Shown one piece after another: positions 1 through 8,915 of a DNA stretch of 41,802 nt. Both the position numbers and the translations under genes were made by a program. The notes below the pieces were generated by a model. It saw only the letters and a program-made list of their open reading frames with translations. It was not told the origin of the DNA and did not search any database. Position 1 is the stretch's first letter. Each line of letters opens with the position of its first letter. Location: contig VFKD01000084.1 in the NCBI GenBank assembly GCA_009885735.1, forward strand, positions 1 through 41,802, written 5' to 3'. The stretch comes from a bacterium. Lineage in GTDB: Bacteria > Armatimonadota > Chthonomonadetes > Chthonomonadales > CAJBBX01.

Positions 1-1648
1 GCAAGACGAACCAGGCTTGGACTCACTGTCACCTTCATGGGTCACCGTCACCGTGCCACCACAGTTGTCGGAGGCCGTGACCGCGGTGATGTCCGGTGCA
101 GGCACTAGGTTGTAACATTGCACCTCGGTACCTGCAGGACAGCTGATCATCGGCTTTGTCGTGTCGTTCACAGTGATCAATTGGGTCACCGCCACCGCTG
201 GGTTCCCGCAAGCGTCACTCACATTCCAACTTCGCAGGATCGTGTAGTTGCATGGATAGCTGCCTACCGGTGCCCCGTCGGTCGCTGTGGCCGTCAGAGA
301 CCCGCTGCAGTTGTCGGTCGCAGAGAGCGTGCCGGCTGTCGGAATCTCACTTTCGCACTGGACCGTGACTGGAGCGGGAGCCGGGGCGATCACAGGTGCG
401 ATAGTGTCCTGAATCGTGAACGTCGCGGTTGTGAATGCAGAGTAGCCGCCACCATCGGTTGCAGTGAACTTCACCGTGGCAGCGCCGGTCGCACCACAGA
501 GGTCCGAGAGGCCGGTATAGTTGTTGCTCCAGGTCACGGCGGTGCAGTCGGTGGCACTCGCCCCTCCGTTTGTCGACAGCCACATATTGAGGGCAGCGGA
601 GTTACCCGAGCCGTCACATTCAACCGTCATGTTCGCCGCCGGCGTAACAATCGTAGGCGGAGTAACGTCCTTGACCGTTACAATGAACGAGCAAGTAGCA
701 ACTGGCGACACGCCGTTCGTCGCGGTTGCCGTCACGGTCGTCATGCCGACCGAGAACGTGTGGGGCGACGTAATCGTAGTTGCGCCGATCTTGTACGTAA
801 TCGTTGGTGTCGGCGTCCCGGTTGCCGTTGCCGCGAATAACACTGAAGCGCTGCATGTTCCGGATGGCGCTGGCACCATGATATCGCTGGGACAACTGAT
901 CATAGGAGCGACATTGCACGTCGCTACCTTCAGCAATGCTGAGGCCGTCCTAGTGGTGCCATCGCTATCAACACCTTGCACTGTAAACGGGTACGTGCCT
1001 GCCGCAAGTGAACCCGGGATAGTCAGCGTCAAGTTGGAAGTGTCGGTAGTGTCTGTTGAGAACGTGAGCGTGCTAGGATTGAAGGATGCCACAACACCCA
1101 TTGGCAAACCAATAGCCGTTAAGCTGACGGTTGTCGTGCTATTGCTTCCGTTCGTAGCCACTGTAACGAGATAGTCGGCAGTAGATCCGGCGCAGGCTGG
1201 GTCTGGCCATTGGGTGTTGATGCTTACTGTCTTCAGCTTTACAGAGTCCGTAAACGTCGTCTCTGCGTACAGATGCTCAGGATCGGGCCCGGGGTGCTCG
1301 CAGTCCGCGGTCAGGAGGAAGAGTGCGCCTCCCGAGTCATCCGGGTTCACGAACCATGATGAGGAGAAGTTGCCCTCGGCGTCCGTCATCACATTCCACT
1401 CGTCGTGGCCCTCGCCGCCCTCAATGCCACCGGAGATGTGCGTAATGTGAAGGGTTACTGTCTCATTCGCATGCCAGCCGGAGCCGGTGATGATCGCGGT
1501 CTCGCCGGGGGGCGTAGTCCGCCTTGTCCGTGGTGACGGTGGGCGAGAACTGCCCGCGCCCTGCATTTGCCGTCGAGAATACTCCGAGCAGGGCGGCCAC
1601 GGCGCACAACATTAAGGCGCGCGTGAGCCACAGGTAACCGTTTTTCAT
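1..1648 (-). pseudogene. Large secreted Cys/Thr-rich protein with HYR/Ig-like repeats; 5' part only, with a +1 frameshift in a C6 run at 1507-1512
   Basis: ATG at 1648 with GAGGAG RBS; signal peptide MKNGYLWLTRALMLCAVAALLGVFSTANA, then TVTTDKADYAP. Removing one C gives APGETAIITGSGW, and this frame stays open to base 1 with HYR-like repeats (VKDVTPPTI, IQDTIAPVI, VNDTTKPMISCP, ATDNCSG, ASDNCGG). Confidence 0.8.
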
Positions 1649-1767
1649 TCTGATCTCTCCTCGTTCAATTTGCACTTCTTGATATTGGATGAAGCTGGTT
1701 CGAACTCATTGCGTCGCCGCGCTGGGACCGACACGTCGGCGATCTTGAGTGCGTCAAATAGGTCTCT

Positions 1768-1783
1768 TGCATATTGCGTGCCA
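1768..1783 (-). promoter_or_regulatory. Putative sigma54 (-24/-12) promoter
   Basis: Minus strand TGGCACGCAATATGCA: TGGCAC plus GG-N10-GC, about 120 bp upstream of the ATG at 1648. Confidence 0.6.
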
Positions 1784-1850
1784 ATTGTTGCAGATCGACC
1801 CTGGTAAAAATACCGGTTTATTGAACGGGAGACAGGAGACCGGGGACGGG

Positions 1851-2050
1851 CAACAACGGCATTGAACCGCGAACGACGCGAAACATGCGAAAACGGCAAG
1901 GGCAAGGCTCAGATTGAACCGCGGCGGACGGAGAGAACGCAGAGGAACGGCAACAACGGCACTGAACCACGAATGACGCGAAACATGCGAAAAGGTCAAG
2001 GTCAAGGGCCAGATCGAACCGCGGAGGACGGGGAGAACGCAGAGGAACGG
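1851..2050. repeat. Two tandem imperfect 100-bp repeats
   Basis: caacaacggc starts at both 1851 and 1951; agaggaacgg ends at both 1950 and 2050; internal blocks gacgcgaaacatgcgaaa and gaaccgcgg..ggacgg.gagaacgcagagg are shared. Confidence 0.9.
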
Positions 2051-2323
2051 CTCTTGAATCTTGAGGTGCGCTAAACACGCGAAAACGGCACTGCCTCGGC
2101 CGTTGACCTTCTCCGCGCCTCTGTGTCTCTAGCGGAGCGGGTGGATCAACTGCCCTTGACCCTCTTCGGGACCGGCAAGGCCGCGGCGGTTCCGGTTACA
2201 GCGTGTGTGCGAGCCATTCCTGCAGATGCGTTATACTGTTCGCAAGAGCGGCTGGCGGTTGTGGAATAACCTGGGGGTATTGCGAGCGCCCACGAGCCGG
2301 TGACCACGACAAGGGGAATCCTT

Positions 2324-3979
2324 ATGTTACGAAGATTTATCGCAATGGCGATGTGTGTCCTGTTTCCATTCTGCGCTGCCGTCGCGCTTGCCGCGGACGC
2401 GCGCAAGGCGCCGCCGATCCCCAGGGAGATAGCCGCGACGGATCGCGTGAACCTCACTCGCGCGGCGATCATGATTTCGGACGGAAAGTTCGACCTGGCC
2501 GGGGAAGCACTGAAGTCGCAGCTCCTTCCTTCGTCGTGCGGAGTCTACTTCTCGTGGGGAACGGTTCCCGCTGCCCAGCAGGCGGAGTATCTCTCGGCCG
2601 CGCAGAGCGCCCTGGATAGCTGGAGTCGGGCGCTTGGCGGGCTGACGAGCTTCAAGGTGGCTCAAGCCGAGGCAGACGCGGATGTTGTGGTTCGCTTCGT
2701 CTCCCGGATTACCAAGGTAGTGGACGGCGAGCAGAAGACCCTGTGCATCGACCCAGCGAGCGCATCTCAGCCTGCAGCGCCTCTGCAGATGCGGCGTGGC
2801 GCTCGAGTCGATATTGCGCACAGCGTGCCCAGCCAGAGCAAGGTTCACACGGCAGGGTCGATTACTCATCTCGTCGGGCAGGCCATCGGCGGCTATCTGG
2901 GGCTGGCCCAAACTGCGGTACCTGCTGACCTAATGGGCCCCGATTTGCACGATGGCGCCACAGTCCTTTTGCCGACTGCCGGTGAGGTGAAGTTGGTCAA
3001 GGACCTGCAGCGCCTAAGGCTGCAGTTTCTGGACCTCGCACGGAAGCGCGTGGCCGCCTACACTCCGCGACCGATTATCAAGTTCGATACCGCAGTGGTA
3101 GATGCTGGAGACGTGTGGAAAGGGGACAATGCCCACTTTTCCGTGGTTGTGAGGAACACGGGCGACGCGCCGCTCGAGATTGTTGCAAAGCCGTCGTGCG
3201 GATGCACAGTTGCGAACTACGACAAGGTTATCCCACCGGGCGGAATGGGCAAGGTGGAGGCAGACATGCGAACTGCGTCCTTCCAGGGTCGCACCATCAA
3301 GGTGATCCACATAACATCCAATGACCTGAGCGCTGCAAGCGCTGACGTGAGGCTCTCCGTCAACGTGAAGCCGATTCTGGTGATAACCCCGGCTCCAACG
3401 CAGACTCTCGCGCTGCAATCCGATGGGCCCACGGTCCAGAAGTTCAGGATTACGACCGACGGGCCGGACCCGGTTACAGTTTCACATGTGGCCTCCAGCG
3501 CGCCTTTCGCCGATGTTAAGATCGAGCCGGACGGACCCTCGGCCTACAACATCACTCTCACCGTTAGCCAGGCCGCCCCAATGGGCCGGACCAACCTCGC
3601 CATCACGGCGTTCTCGAACTCCAAGAGGGAGCCGCAGGCGCGAATAACCGTGCTGTGCGACAAGGGAATCGTGACGACTCCGGTGAGCCTCTACTTCGGC
3701 GCCATTGGTCCGCAGCACCAGGTTCCAATGACCCAGATTGTCACCGTCTCCAAGCGCGACGGAACGTTTCGCGTCAAGAGTGCAACTTGTGACGACCGCA
3801 ACCTCGAAATTCGCCAAGAGGCGGTACGCGAGGGATCGCAATATCGACTCGTGATCATCTACCGAGGAGGCTGGCCGGAGGGCTTGGTTAAGCGAACCAT
3901 TCAGATTGAGACAGACGATCCCAAGCAGCCGACCATTGCGGTCATGCTTCAGGCCACGGTCCTTCCGGGAGGCAAGTAA
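2324..3979 (+). CDS. Secreted DUF1573-domain protein with a degenerate matrixin-like N-terminal region and further Ig-like domains
   Basis: Signal peptide; DUF1573 signature NTGDAPLEI..PSCGCT...IPPG; the segment ALDSWSRAL..ADADVVVRF..HLVGQAIGGYLGL resembles an M10 protease lacking HExxH. Start chosen at the ATG after AAGGGG. Confidence 0.7.
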   Translation: MLRRFIAMAMCVLFPFCAAVALAADARKAPPIPREIAATDRVNLTRAAIMISDGKFDLAGEALKSQLLPSSCGVYFSWGTVPAAQQAEYLSAAQSALDSWSRALGGLTSFKVAQAEADADVVVRFVSRITKVVDGEQKTLCIDPASASQPAAPLQMRRGARVDIAHSVPSQSKVHTAGSITHLVGQAIGGYLGLAQTAVPADLMGPDLHDGATVLLPTAGEVKLVKDLQRLRLQFLDLARKRVAAYTPRPIIKFDTAVVDAGDVWKGDNAHFSVVVRNTGDAPLEIVAKPSCGCTVANYDKVIPPGGMGKVEADMRTASFQGRTIKVIHITSNDLSAASADVRLSVNVKPILVITPAPTQTLALQSDGPTVQKFRITTDGPDPVTVSHVASSAPFADVKIEPDGPSAYNITLTVSQAAPMGRTNLAITAFSNSKREPQARITVLCDKGIVTTPVSLYFGAIGPQHQVPMTQIVTVSKRDGTFRVKSATCDDRNLEIRQEAVREGSQYRLVIIYRGGWPEGLVKRTIQIETDDPKQPTIAVMLQATVLPGGK

Positions 3980-3987
3980 TCCGGCTT

Positions 3988-5307
3988 ATGACGCGCTTAC
4001 TCCTGGCAGTCCTTATCCTGCCGGCGCTCGCGCTGGCTGCAAGCACGGGCTTGCGGTCCGGTCCCAAGCCTGCCGATGGGCTCACGGTGACGTTCAGCAC
4101 CGAGCAGAACGGTTATCTCACGCCATGCGGCTGCACGAAGCCGATGCTGGGCGGCATTCCCCGAAGAGCAGCCTTCCTCAAGAAACAAGCTGGAAGCGGC
4201 AGTCAGATTCGCCTGGACAATGGCGACCTCACTCAAGGCGCCGGACGGCAGGACGAGATGAAGGCGGAAGCGCTTGTGGACATGCTGGGCTCGCTGGAGT
4301 ACGATGCGGTCAACATCGGGGAGAAGGACCTGCAGTTCGGCCTGCCCTTCCTAGAGGCGCTTCAGAGCAGATTCAAGGGTGCGATGCTGTGCGCAAACCT
4401 CCGCCGCGCCGACGGCTCACCGGTATTCAAGGAGTGGTCGGTCCTATCGCGCGCTCTTGGCGGCAAGGGCGCAAAAGTCGTGGTGACGGGCCTGCTTTCG
4501 GAGCAGTTCGCCGATGCAGTGGCTGCCGCGGATCCGGATTGCAAGCTGGAGCCTCCGGCGCAGCGCCTCGAGCAGATGGACGCTGCACTGGTCGCTGCTG
4601 GAGAACTGCGGATCCTCCTTTATCATGGTCCGCTGGCCGAGGCGGAGGCGCTCGCCACGAGGTTTCCTCACTTCAGGCTGGTGATAGCTGCTCACGAGGG
4701 AGACCACCCCACGGACGCGCTTCACGCGGGCGGCGCCGCGCTTGTGTGCAGCGGGCAGGACGGTAAGCACGTGGGGCAGGCAACGTTCGCCTCGACCACG
4801 GCAAAGCCCAATGTTGAGTACACTTCGCTCGGGCCTGAGTTCACGGATGATCCGGCGATCCTGCGGATGAAGGCAGCCTACCTTGGCCGCGTAACCGCGG
4901 AGGACCTGCTGGGCAAGGTTCCGAAGCTTCCTGCCGCGAATGGCGACACTTTCGCGGGCACAAAGTCTTGTGCACCGTGCCATTCGTCGGCGCAGAAGGC
5001 GTGGAGCGCGTCCGGCCACGCACGCGCGCACGCCACGCTGGTCGCCGAGAAGCACGACTTAGATCCGGAGTGCATGTCTTGCCACGTGGTGGGACTGGAT
5101 CGCACGAGTGGATTCACGAGCATGGCGAAGACGCCTCACCTTAAGGACGTAGGCTGCGAAAGCTGCCACGGACCCGCCGCTCGGCATGTGAAGAACCCGA
5201 AGACGCCCCTGCAGAAGGTGGGAAGCGACGGGTGCATCTCGTGCCACAACCCCGAAAACTCTCCGAAGTTCGACTTCGCGAAGTATTGGGCGAGGGTGAA
5301 GCACTAG
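3988..5307 (+). CDS. Secreted UshA/5'-nucleotidase-like metallophosphoesterase domain fused to a tetraheme c554-like cytochrome
   Basis: Signal peptide; GYLTPCGC, GGIPRR, LDNGD, YDAVNIGEKD and ANL motifs; four CxxCH sites (CAPCH, CMSCH, CESCH, CISCH). Confidence 0.85.
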   Translation: MTRLLLAVLILPALALAASTGLRSGPKPADGLTVTFSTEQNGYLTPCGCTKPMLGGIPRRAAFLKKQAGSGSQIRLDNGDLTQGAGRQDEMKAEALVDMLGSLEYDAVNIGEKDLQFGLPFLEALQSRFKGAMLCANLRRADGSPVFKEWSVLSRALGGKGAKVVVTGLLSEQFADAVAAADPDCKLEPPAQRLEQMDAALVAAGELRILLYHGPLAEAEALATRFPHFRLVIAAHEGDHPTDALHAGGAALVCSGQDGKHVGQATFASTTAKPNVEYTSLGPEFTDDPAILRMKAAYLGRVTAEDLLGKVPKLPAANGDTFAGTKSCAPCHSSAQKAWSASGHARAHATLVAEKHDLDPECMSCHVVGLDRTSGFTSMAKTPHLKDVGCESCHGPAARHVKNPKTPLQKVGSDGCISCHNPENSPKFDFAKYWARVKH

Positions 5308-5686
5308 GGCTTGAAGGTCGGGTTACGGCGCAGCACGAGCGACCAGTACGTTTACAGTGGCACGTGCGTCCTGCCCGCCACGGCAAGGGATATTTACAAC
5401 GGCTGCGACGACGCCGCGGCCCTACACGGTCACTACGCCGCGACCCAGCTACATCGCGACCTAAAGTAGGGTGCAGGCCCCGTCCTGCGCCGTTCCGTGA
5501 TTGCGCGCCGAGCGCCGAGAACGCACTGTACACATTGAGCGCAGCTAAGCTCGCACGCCGTCTCAGAGTCGAAGGACCACCCCTTGCACGCCCCACCTCG
5601 CTTCCAGGCACTTCTCCGCCAGGGAGGAGATCGCTGCGCCTTGCCGCTGCTCTTCGTTCGCGCTGAGCTTGACACCAGACTCTTTG

Positions 5687-6319
5687 CTAGCGCCAGCGCT
5701 CCGGACGCCTGAGAATGTAGCCGTCCGGTTTTGCGATGGCGTCGGGCAATTGGCTGTCGCGCAGCCGAGATCGGGCAATGACGAAACTCCCAGATGAAGC
5801 GCGCTCCAGCTCGATAGAGTGGCGTTTCGGTGGGAATGCGACCACAACGCGCTTGCCCGGAAAGCGATGTCGAATGTGCCGAACCGGAGGCGTAAGGTCG
5901 CTGTCGCCCGAAACCAGCATCGCCGTGTCGAAACGGTCATCGAAGGCATCTGCCATCATCTCCACGGCGATGTTCACGTCCGTCATCTTCTCTTTGGGTA
6001 TGCGGGTCTCGCCGCCACAGTGCGAGCAATGTGTCAGTTCCGGTTGGTATTTGCCAAAGACCGTCTTGCACGCCGTCGCGGCCTGAAGCGCCTCTAGATA
6101 GGTGTTCTGTCGGACCCGCTTGCCTTCCGGCGCATCAACGCGCGCAGTGAAATACTTAACGTCCAGGAGCGAAGAACCAGGTGGCAGGATATTAGCTACA
6201 AGAGCATGGATATCGAGCCAGTAGTAGCGCCGCCAGCCGCTCTCCTTCAGCCCGAAGTAGAGGTTGAACCCGTCCACATAGGCTATCACGCGGTTTGCAA
6301 TCGACTGCGAGTCACGCAT
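5687..6319 (-). CDS. NYN/LabA (DUF88) PIN-fold domain protein
   Basis: YVDGFNLY, EKMTDVNIA and LVSGDSDL motifs; CxxC insert (CSHCG). Confidence 0.9.
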   Translation of the reverse strand: MRDSQSIANRVIAYVDGFNLYFGLKESGWRRYYWLDIHALVANILPPGSSLLDVKYFTARVDAPEGKRVRQNTYLEALQAATACKTVFGKYQPELTHCSHCGGETRIPKEKMTDVNIAVEMMADAFDDRFDTAMLVSGDSDLTPPVRHIRHRFPGKRVVVAFPPKRHSIELERASSGSFVIARSRLRDSQLPDAIAKPDGYILRRPERWR

Positions 6320-6500
6320 TGCTGCCTCACGCCCTTGACAGCATGCCAAGGGAACCCTATAATAAGCCCAACACCGCAAGCGATAGCATCGCTTGCCCGA
6401 CGCCCTCGCCGCAAGGCGGGGGCGTTATTATGTCCTCTACTGTTGACGTGCAACTCATAACCCAACCAACCCCGCCACCAAGCTATCAATCTTCCCCGTG

Positions 6501-6615
6501 CATCCTGAGCGCTCGTCAGCCCACCAACCCGCTCACCCCGTACGCGGCAATTCCGCTTATCCTGAGCCTGCCACGGCCCCACCGTGGCAGCGTCGAAGGA
6601 CCGTAGTCGAAGGGG
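6501..6615. repeat. REP-like element(s) of the ATCCTGAGC...GTCGAAGG family
   Basis: catcctgagc, and atcctgagc-[ctgccacgg cccca ccgtggcag]-cgtcgaagga; reverse complement of the units at 37744-37987. Confidence 0.7.
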
Positions 6616-6692
6616 TGATGGACCACTCCTCTCGCTCCAGTCCTCGCAAATGCTGAAAGAGAGGCGCCGACCTGTGCCGCCCCAGGCGCTTC

Positions 6693-7060
6693 CTACCTCG
6701 CCCCACACGCTTGCAGGCATGCTTGCATATGCCCCTTAGCTTCTGCCGCGATGGTGCATACCTGCTCCAGCTTATACTCCTTCGCGCCGATGACCTCGAG
6801 GTTCAGCGGGCCGTCGTAACCGTTCTCGTGCAAAACTCGGATGTAGCCCACGAGGTCGATGTCGCCCCGGCCGTTTGCCTGGTCTTCCGGCTTTCCGGGT
6901 CCCTGCTGGCGGCCCTTGCAGTCGCGGATGTGCACGTGTTTGACCCGCGAGATCACGGCGGCGATGGCCTCCACCGGGTTCTCGTTCGCGCGGTAGATGT
7001 GCGAGGGGTCCATGTCGATGCCGAATGAGGGAGACGAGATGGCGGTCATTGCGCGCAGCG
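6693..7060 (-). pseudogene. Orphan 3' portion (about 122 codons) of the sugar phosphate isomerase/epimerase gene at 8091-8888
   Basis: Colinear with 8091-8458 (offset 1398). About 35 substitutions by manual count, only 3 non-synonymous. The 5' half is missing. Confidence 0.9.
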
Positions 7061-7077
7061 GGCGCAATTGTCCTGAC

Positions 7078-7845
7078 CTACGGTCCGATCGCTTGCGGCT
7101 CTCCGAAGATGAAGTCGTCCATCACGGCCACATCCACTGTGGCGCTCTCATCCGGGCCAAGTGCTTGGTTGCCATACACGATCCGCACGCGCGCCACGAC
7201 GGCGGTGGGGAAAGAGACGCCGAGGAACGACAAGCCATTGTTGTTCGCCGGAATCGTAAAGCGGCCCAGCGACACGCCGTCCTTATCGAAATACTCGAAG
7301 GAAGCGCTTCCAACGTCTACGTCGGTGTACACTGCACCGAAGCCACGAACGACTGCGGGCGTCGACGTGCCGGGCACGGTGAACGTCATGTCTACGACGT
7401 TGCTGTCGATAGGGGAGAAGAGCCTCTCGGCGCTGAAGGTGGTGAAGCTGCTGGCGTACGCTGCGTTGAGATTCCCGAATCGCGGTGCGGCGCTCGCCGG
7501 ATTTGCGCTGTCGGCGCTGACCTGAACCCCGGTTCCTCCTGGCGCGGTGAAGAGTGCGCCGCGAGGGCGAAAGAAGTCCCCAGGAAGGAAGTTGGGGGAG
7601 GCCTTATCATCCGGGACTCCATCCCAGTTAATCTCGCGCCGACCCGAAGTCAGAGGGCCGGACGTGCTGCCATTGTTTGGCTCTCCCAGAGCGGACCGGT
7701 ATTCATTCACCCGGGCCGTAATGTCACCAGTGGCCGAGAAGACGCTGGCGATCCTATTAGACTTGCTGCTGCCGCAACCAGAGGTTACGCTCGCAATAAC
7801 CAGCGCCGAGGCTCCAACTAGCACAGGAATCCATCGATTGCTCAT
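7078..7845 (-). CDS. Putative lipoprotein of unknown function (RREINWDGVPD family)
   Basis: AAGGA RBS; hydrophobic leader ending in lipobox TSG-C; 255-aa ORF with normal composition. Confidence 0.75.
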   Translation of the reverse strand: MSNRWIPVLVGASALVIASVTSGCGSSKSNRIASVFSATGDITARVNEYRSALGEPNNGSTSGPLTSGRREINWDGVPDDKASPNFLPGDFFRPRGALFTAPGGTGVQVSADSANPASAAPRFGNLNAAYASSFTTFSAERLFSPIDSNVVDMTFTVPGTSTPAVVRGFGAVYTDVDVGSASFEYFDKDGVSLGRFTIPANNNGLSFLGVSFPTAVVARVRIVYGNQALGPDESATVDVAVMDDFIFGEPQAIGP

Positions 7846-8090
7846 TGTTCCGTCCTTTCATTCGCTAATAGTTCCGTCCAACCCCCGACGCCCACCTCGA
7901 TTTGGCATGCGGTCGAGGATGCATACTCTGTCATTCGTTCTTCGTTCTATTGCATCAACTTTCTGCTCGATGCAGCCGTGGCGCGGCTGAAGCTACGCAC
8001 GAGCCGGCTGATCTGGCCCGTGCTGCTCCGATCCAGCGTTGCGAACCGCACTATCAGCGGATCGATGTACGGATATCCACGGAGCGGGAG

Positions 8091-8888
8091 CTACCTCGCC
8101 CCGCACGCTTGCAGGCAGGCCTGCATGTGCCCCTTAGCTTCTGCCGCGATGGTGCATACCTGCTCCACCTTGTACTCTTTCGCGCCGATGACCTCGAGGT
8201 TCAGCGGACCGTCGTAGCCGTTCTCGTGCAGCACGCGAATGTAGCCCACAAGGTCGATGTCGCCGCGTCCGTTGGCCTGGTCTTCCGGCTTGCCTGGTCC
8301 CTGCTGGCGGCCTTTGCAGTCGCGAATGTGGACGTGCTTGACGCGCGAAATGACCGCAGCAATCGCCTCCACCGGGTTCTCGTTCGCGCGGTAGATGTGC
8401 GAGGGGTCCATGTCGATGCCGAATGCGGGCGACGAGATGGCGGCCATTGCACGGAGCGTGGTGGGCGTGTTGTAGACGCTCTGGCCCACGTGCGCCTTCA
8501 CGCAGAGCGTGACGCCATACTTGGCGGCCATGTCCGCAAGCTTGCCCAGGGAGTCGATAGACTGAACCAGGCTCTCTTCGTCGTCCGACTTGCCGCCTGG
8601 GCCGCAGTTGACGATGGGAATGCCAATCTCGACAGCCGCCTGGAACGCTGCTTCCATCTTCGCTGGGTCCTGCGAGGGCTGCTCCATGGCCAGCAGCGGA
8701 AGCTCGTATTCGGCAGAGAGCCTCTTGATCTCGGGGCCGACCTCTCGCCAGCGGTCGATGACCAAGTGCTCGCTCATGCCGTCGATGGCGGAAAGCTCGA
8801 TGCCGTCATAGCCGGCCATCGCAATGCATCGGAACGCGGTCTCCATATCGTATCCGCCAAACAGAACCGAATTGGCGCCCAGCTTCAT
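8091..8888 (-). CDS. Sugar phosphate isomerase/epimerase (xylose isomerase-like TIM barrel)
   Basis: GYDGIEL, DMDPSH, HVHIRD, GRGDIDL and GYDGPLNLE motifs; AGGAG RBS. Confidence 0.9.
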   Translation of the reverse strand: MKLGANSVLFGGYDMETAFRCIAMAGYDGIELSAIDGMSEHLVIDRWREVGPEIKRLSAEYELPLLAMEQPSQDPAKMEAAFQAAVEIGIPIVNCGPGGKSDDEESLVQSIDSLGKLADMAAKYGVTLCVKAHVGQSVYNTPTTLRAMAAISSPAFGIDMDPSHIYRANENPVEAIAAVISRVKHVHIRDCKGRQQGPGKPEDQANGRGDIDLVGYIRVLHENGYDGPLNLEVIGAKEYKVEQVCTIAAEAKGHMQACLQACGAR

Positions 8889-8915
8889 GGTGGTGTTGCT
8901 CCTTTTGTGGGTTTC

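Noticed and set aside
118-1450. Plus-strand ORFs 118-840, 521-1174 and 1214-1450
   Set aside because: Antisense shadows of the minus-strand HYR-like gene, which the ORF track misses because it has no stop in the window.
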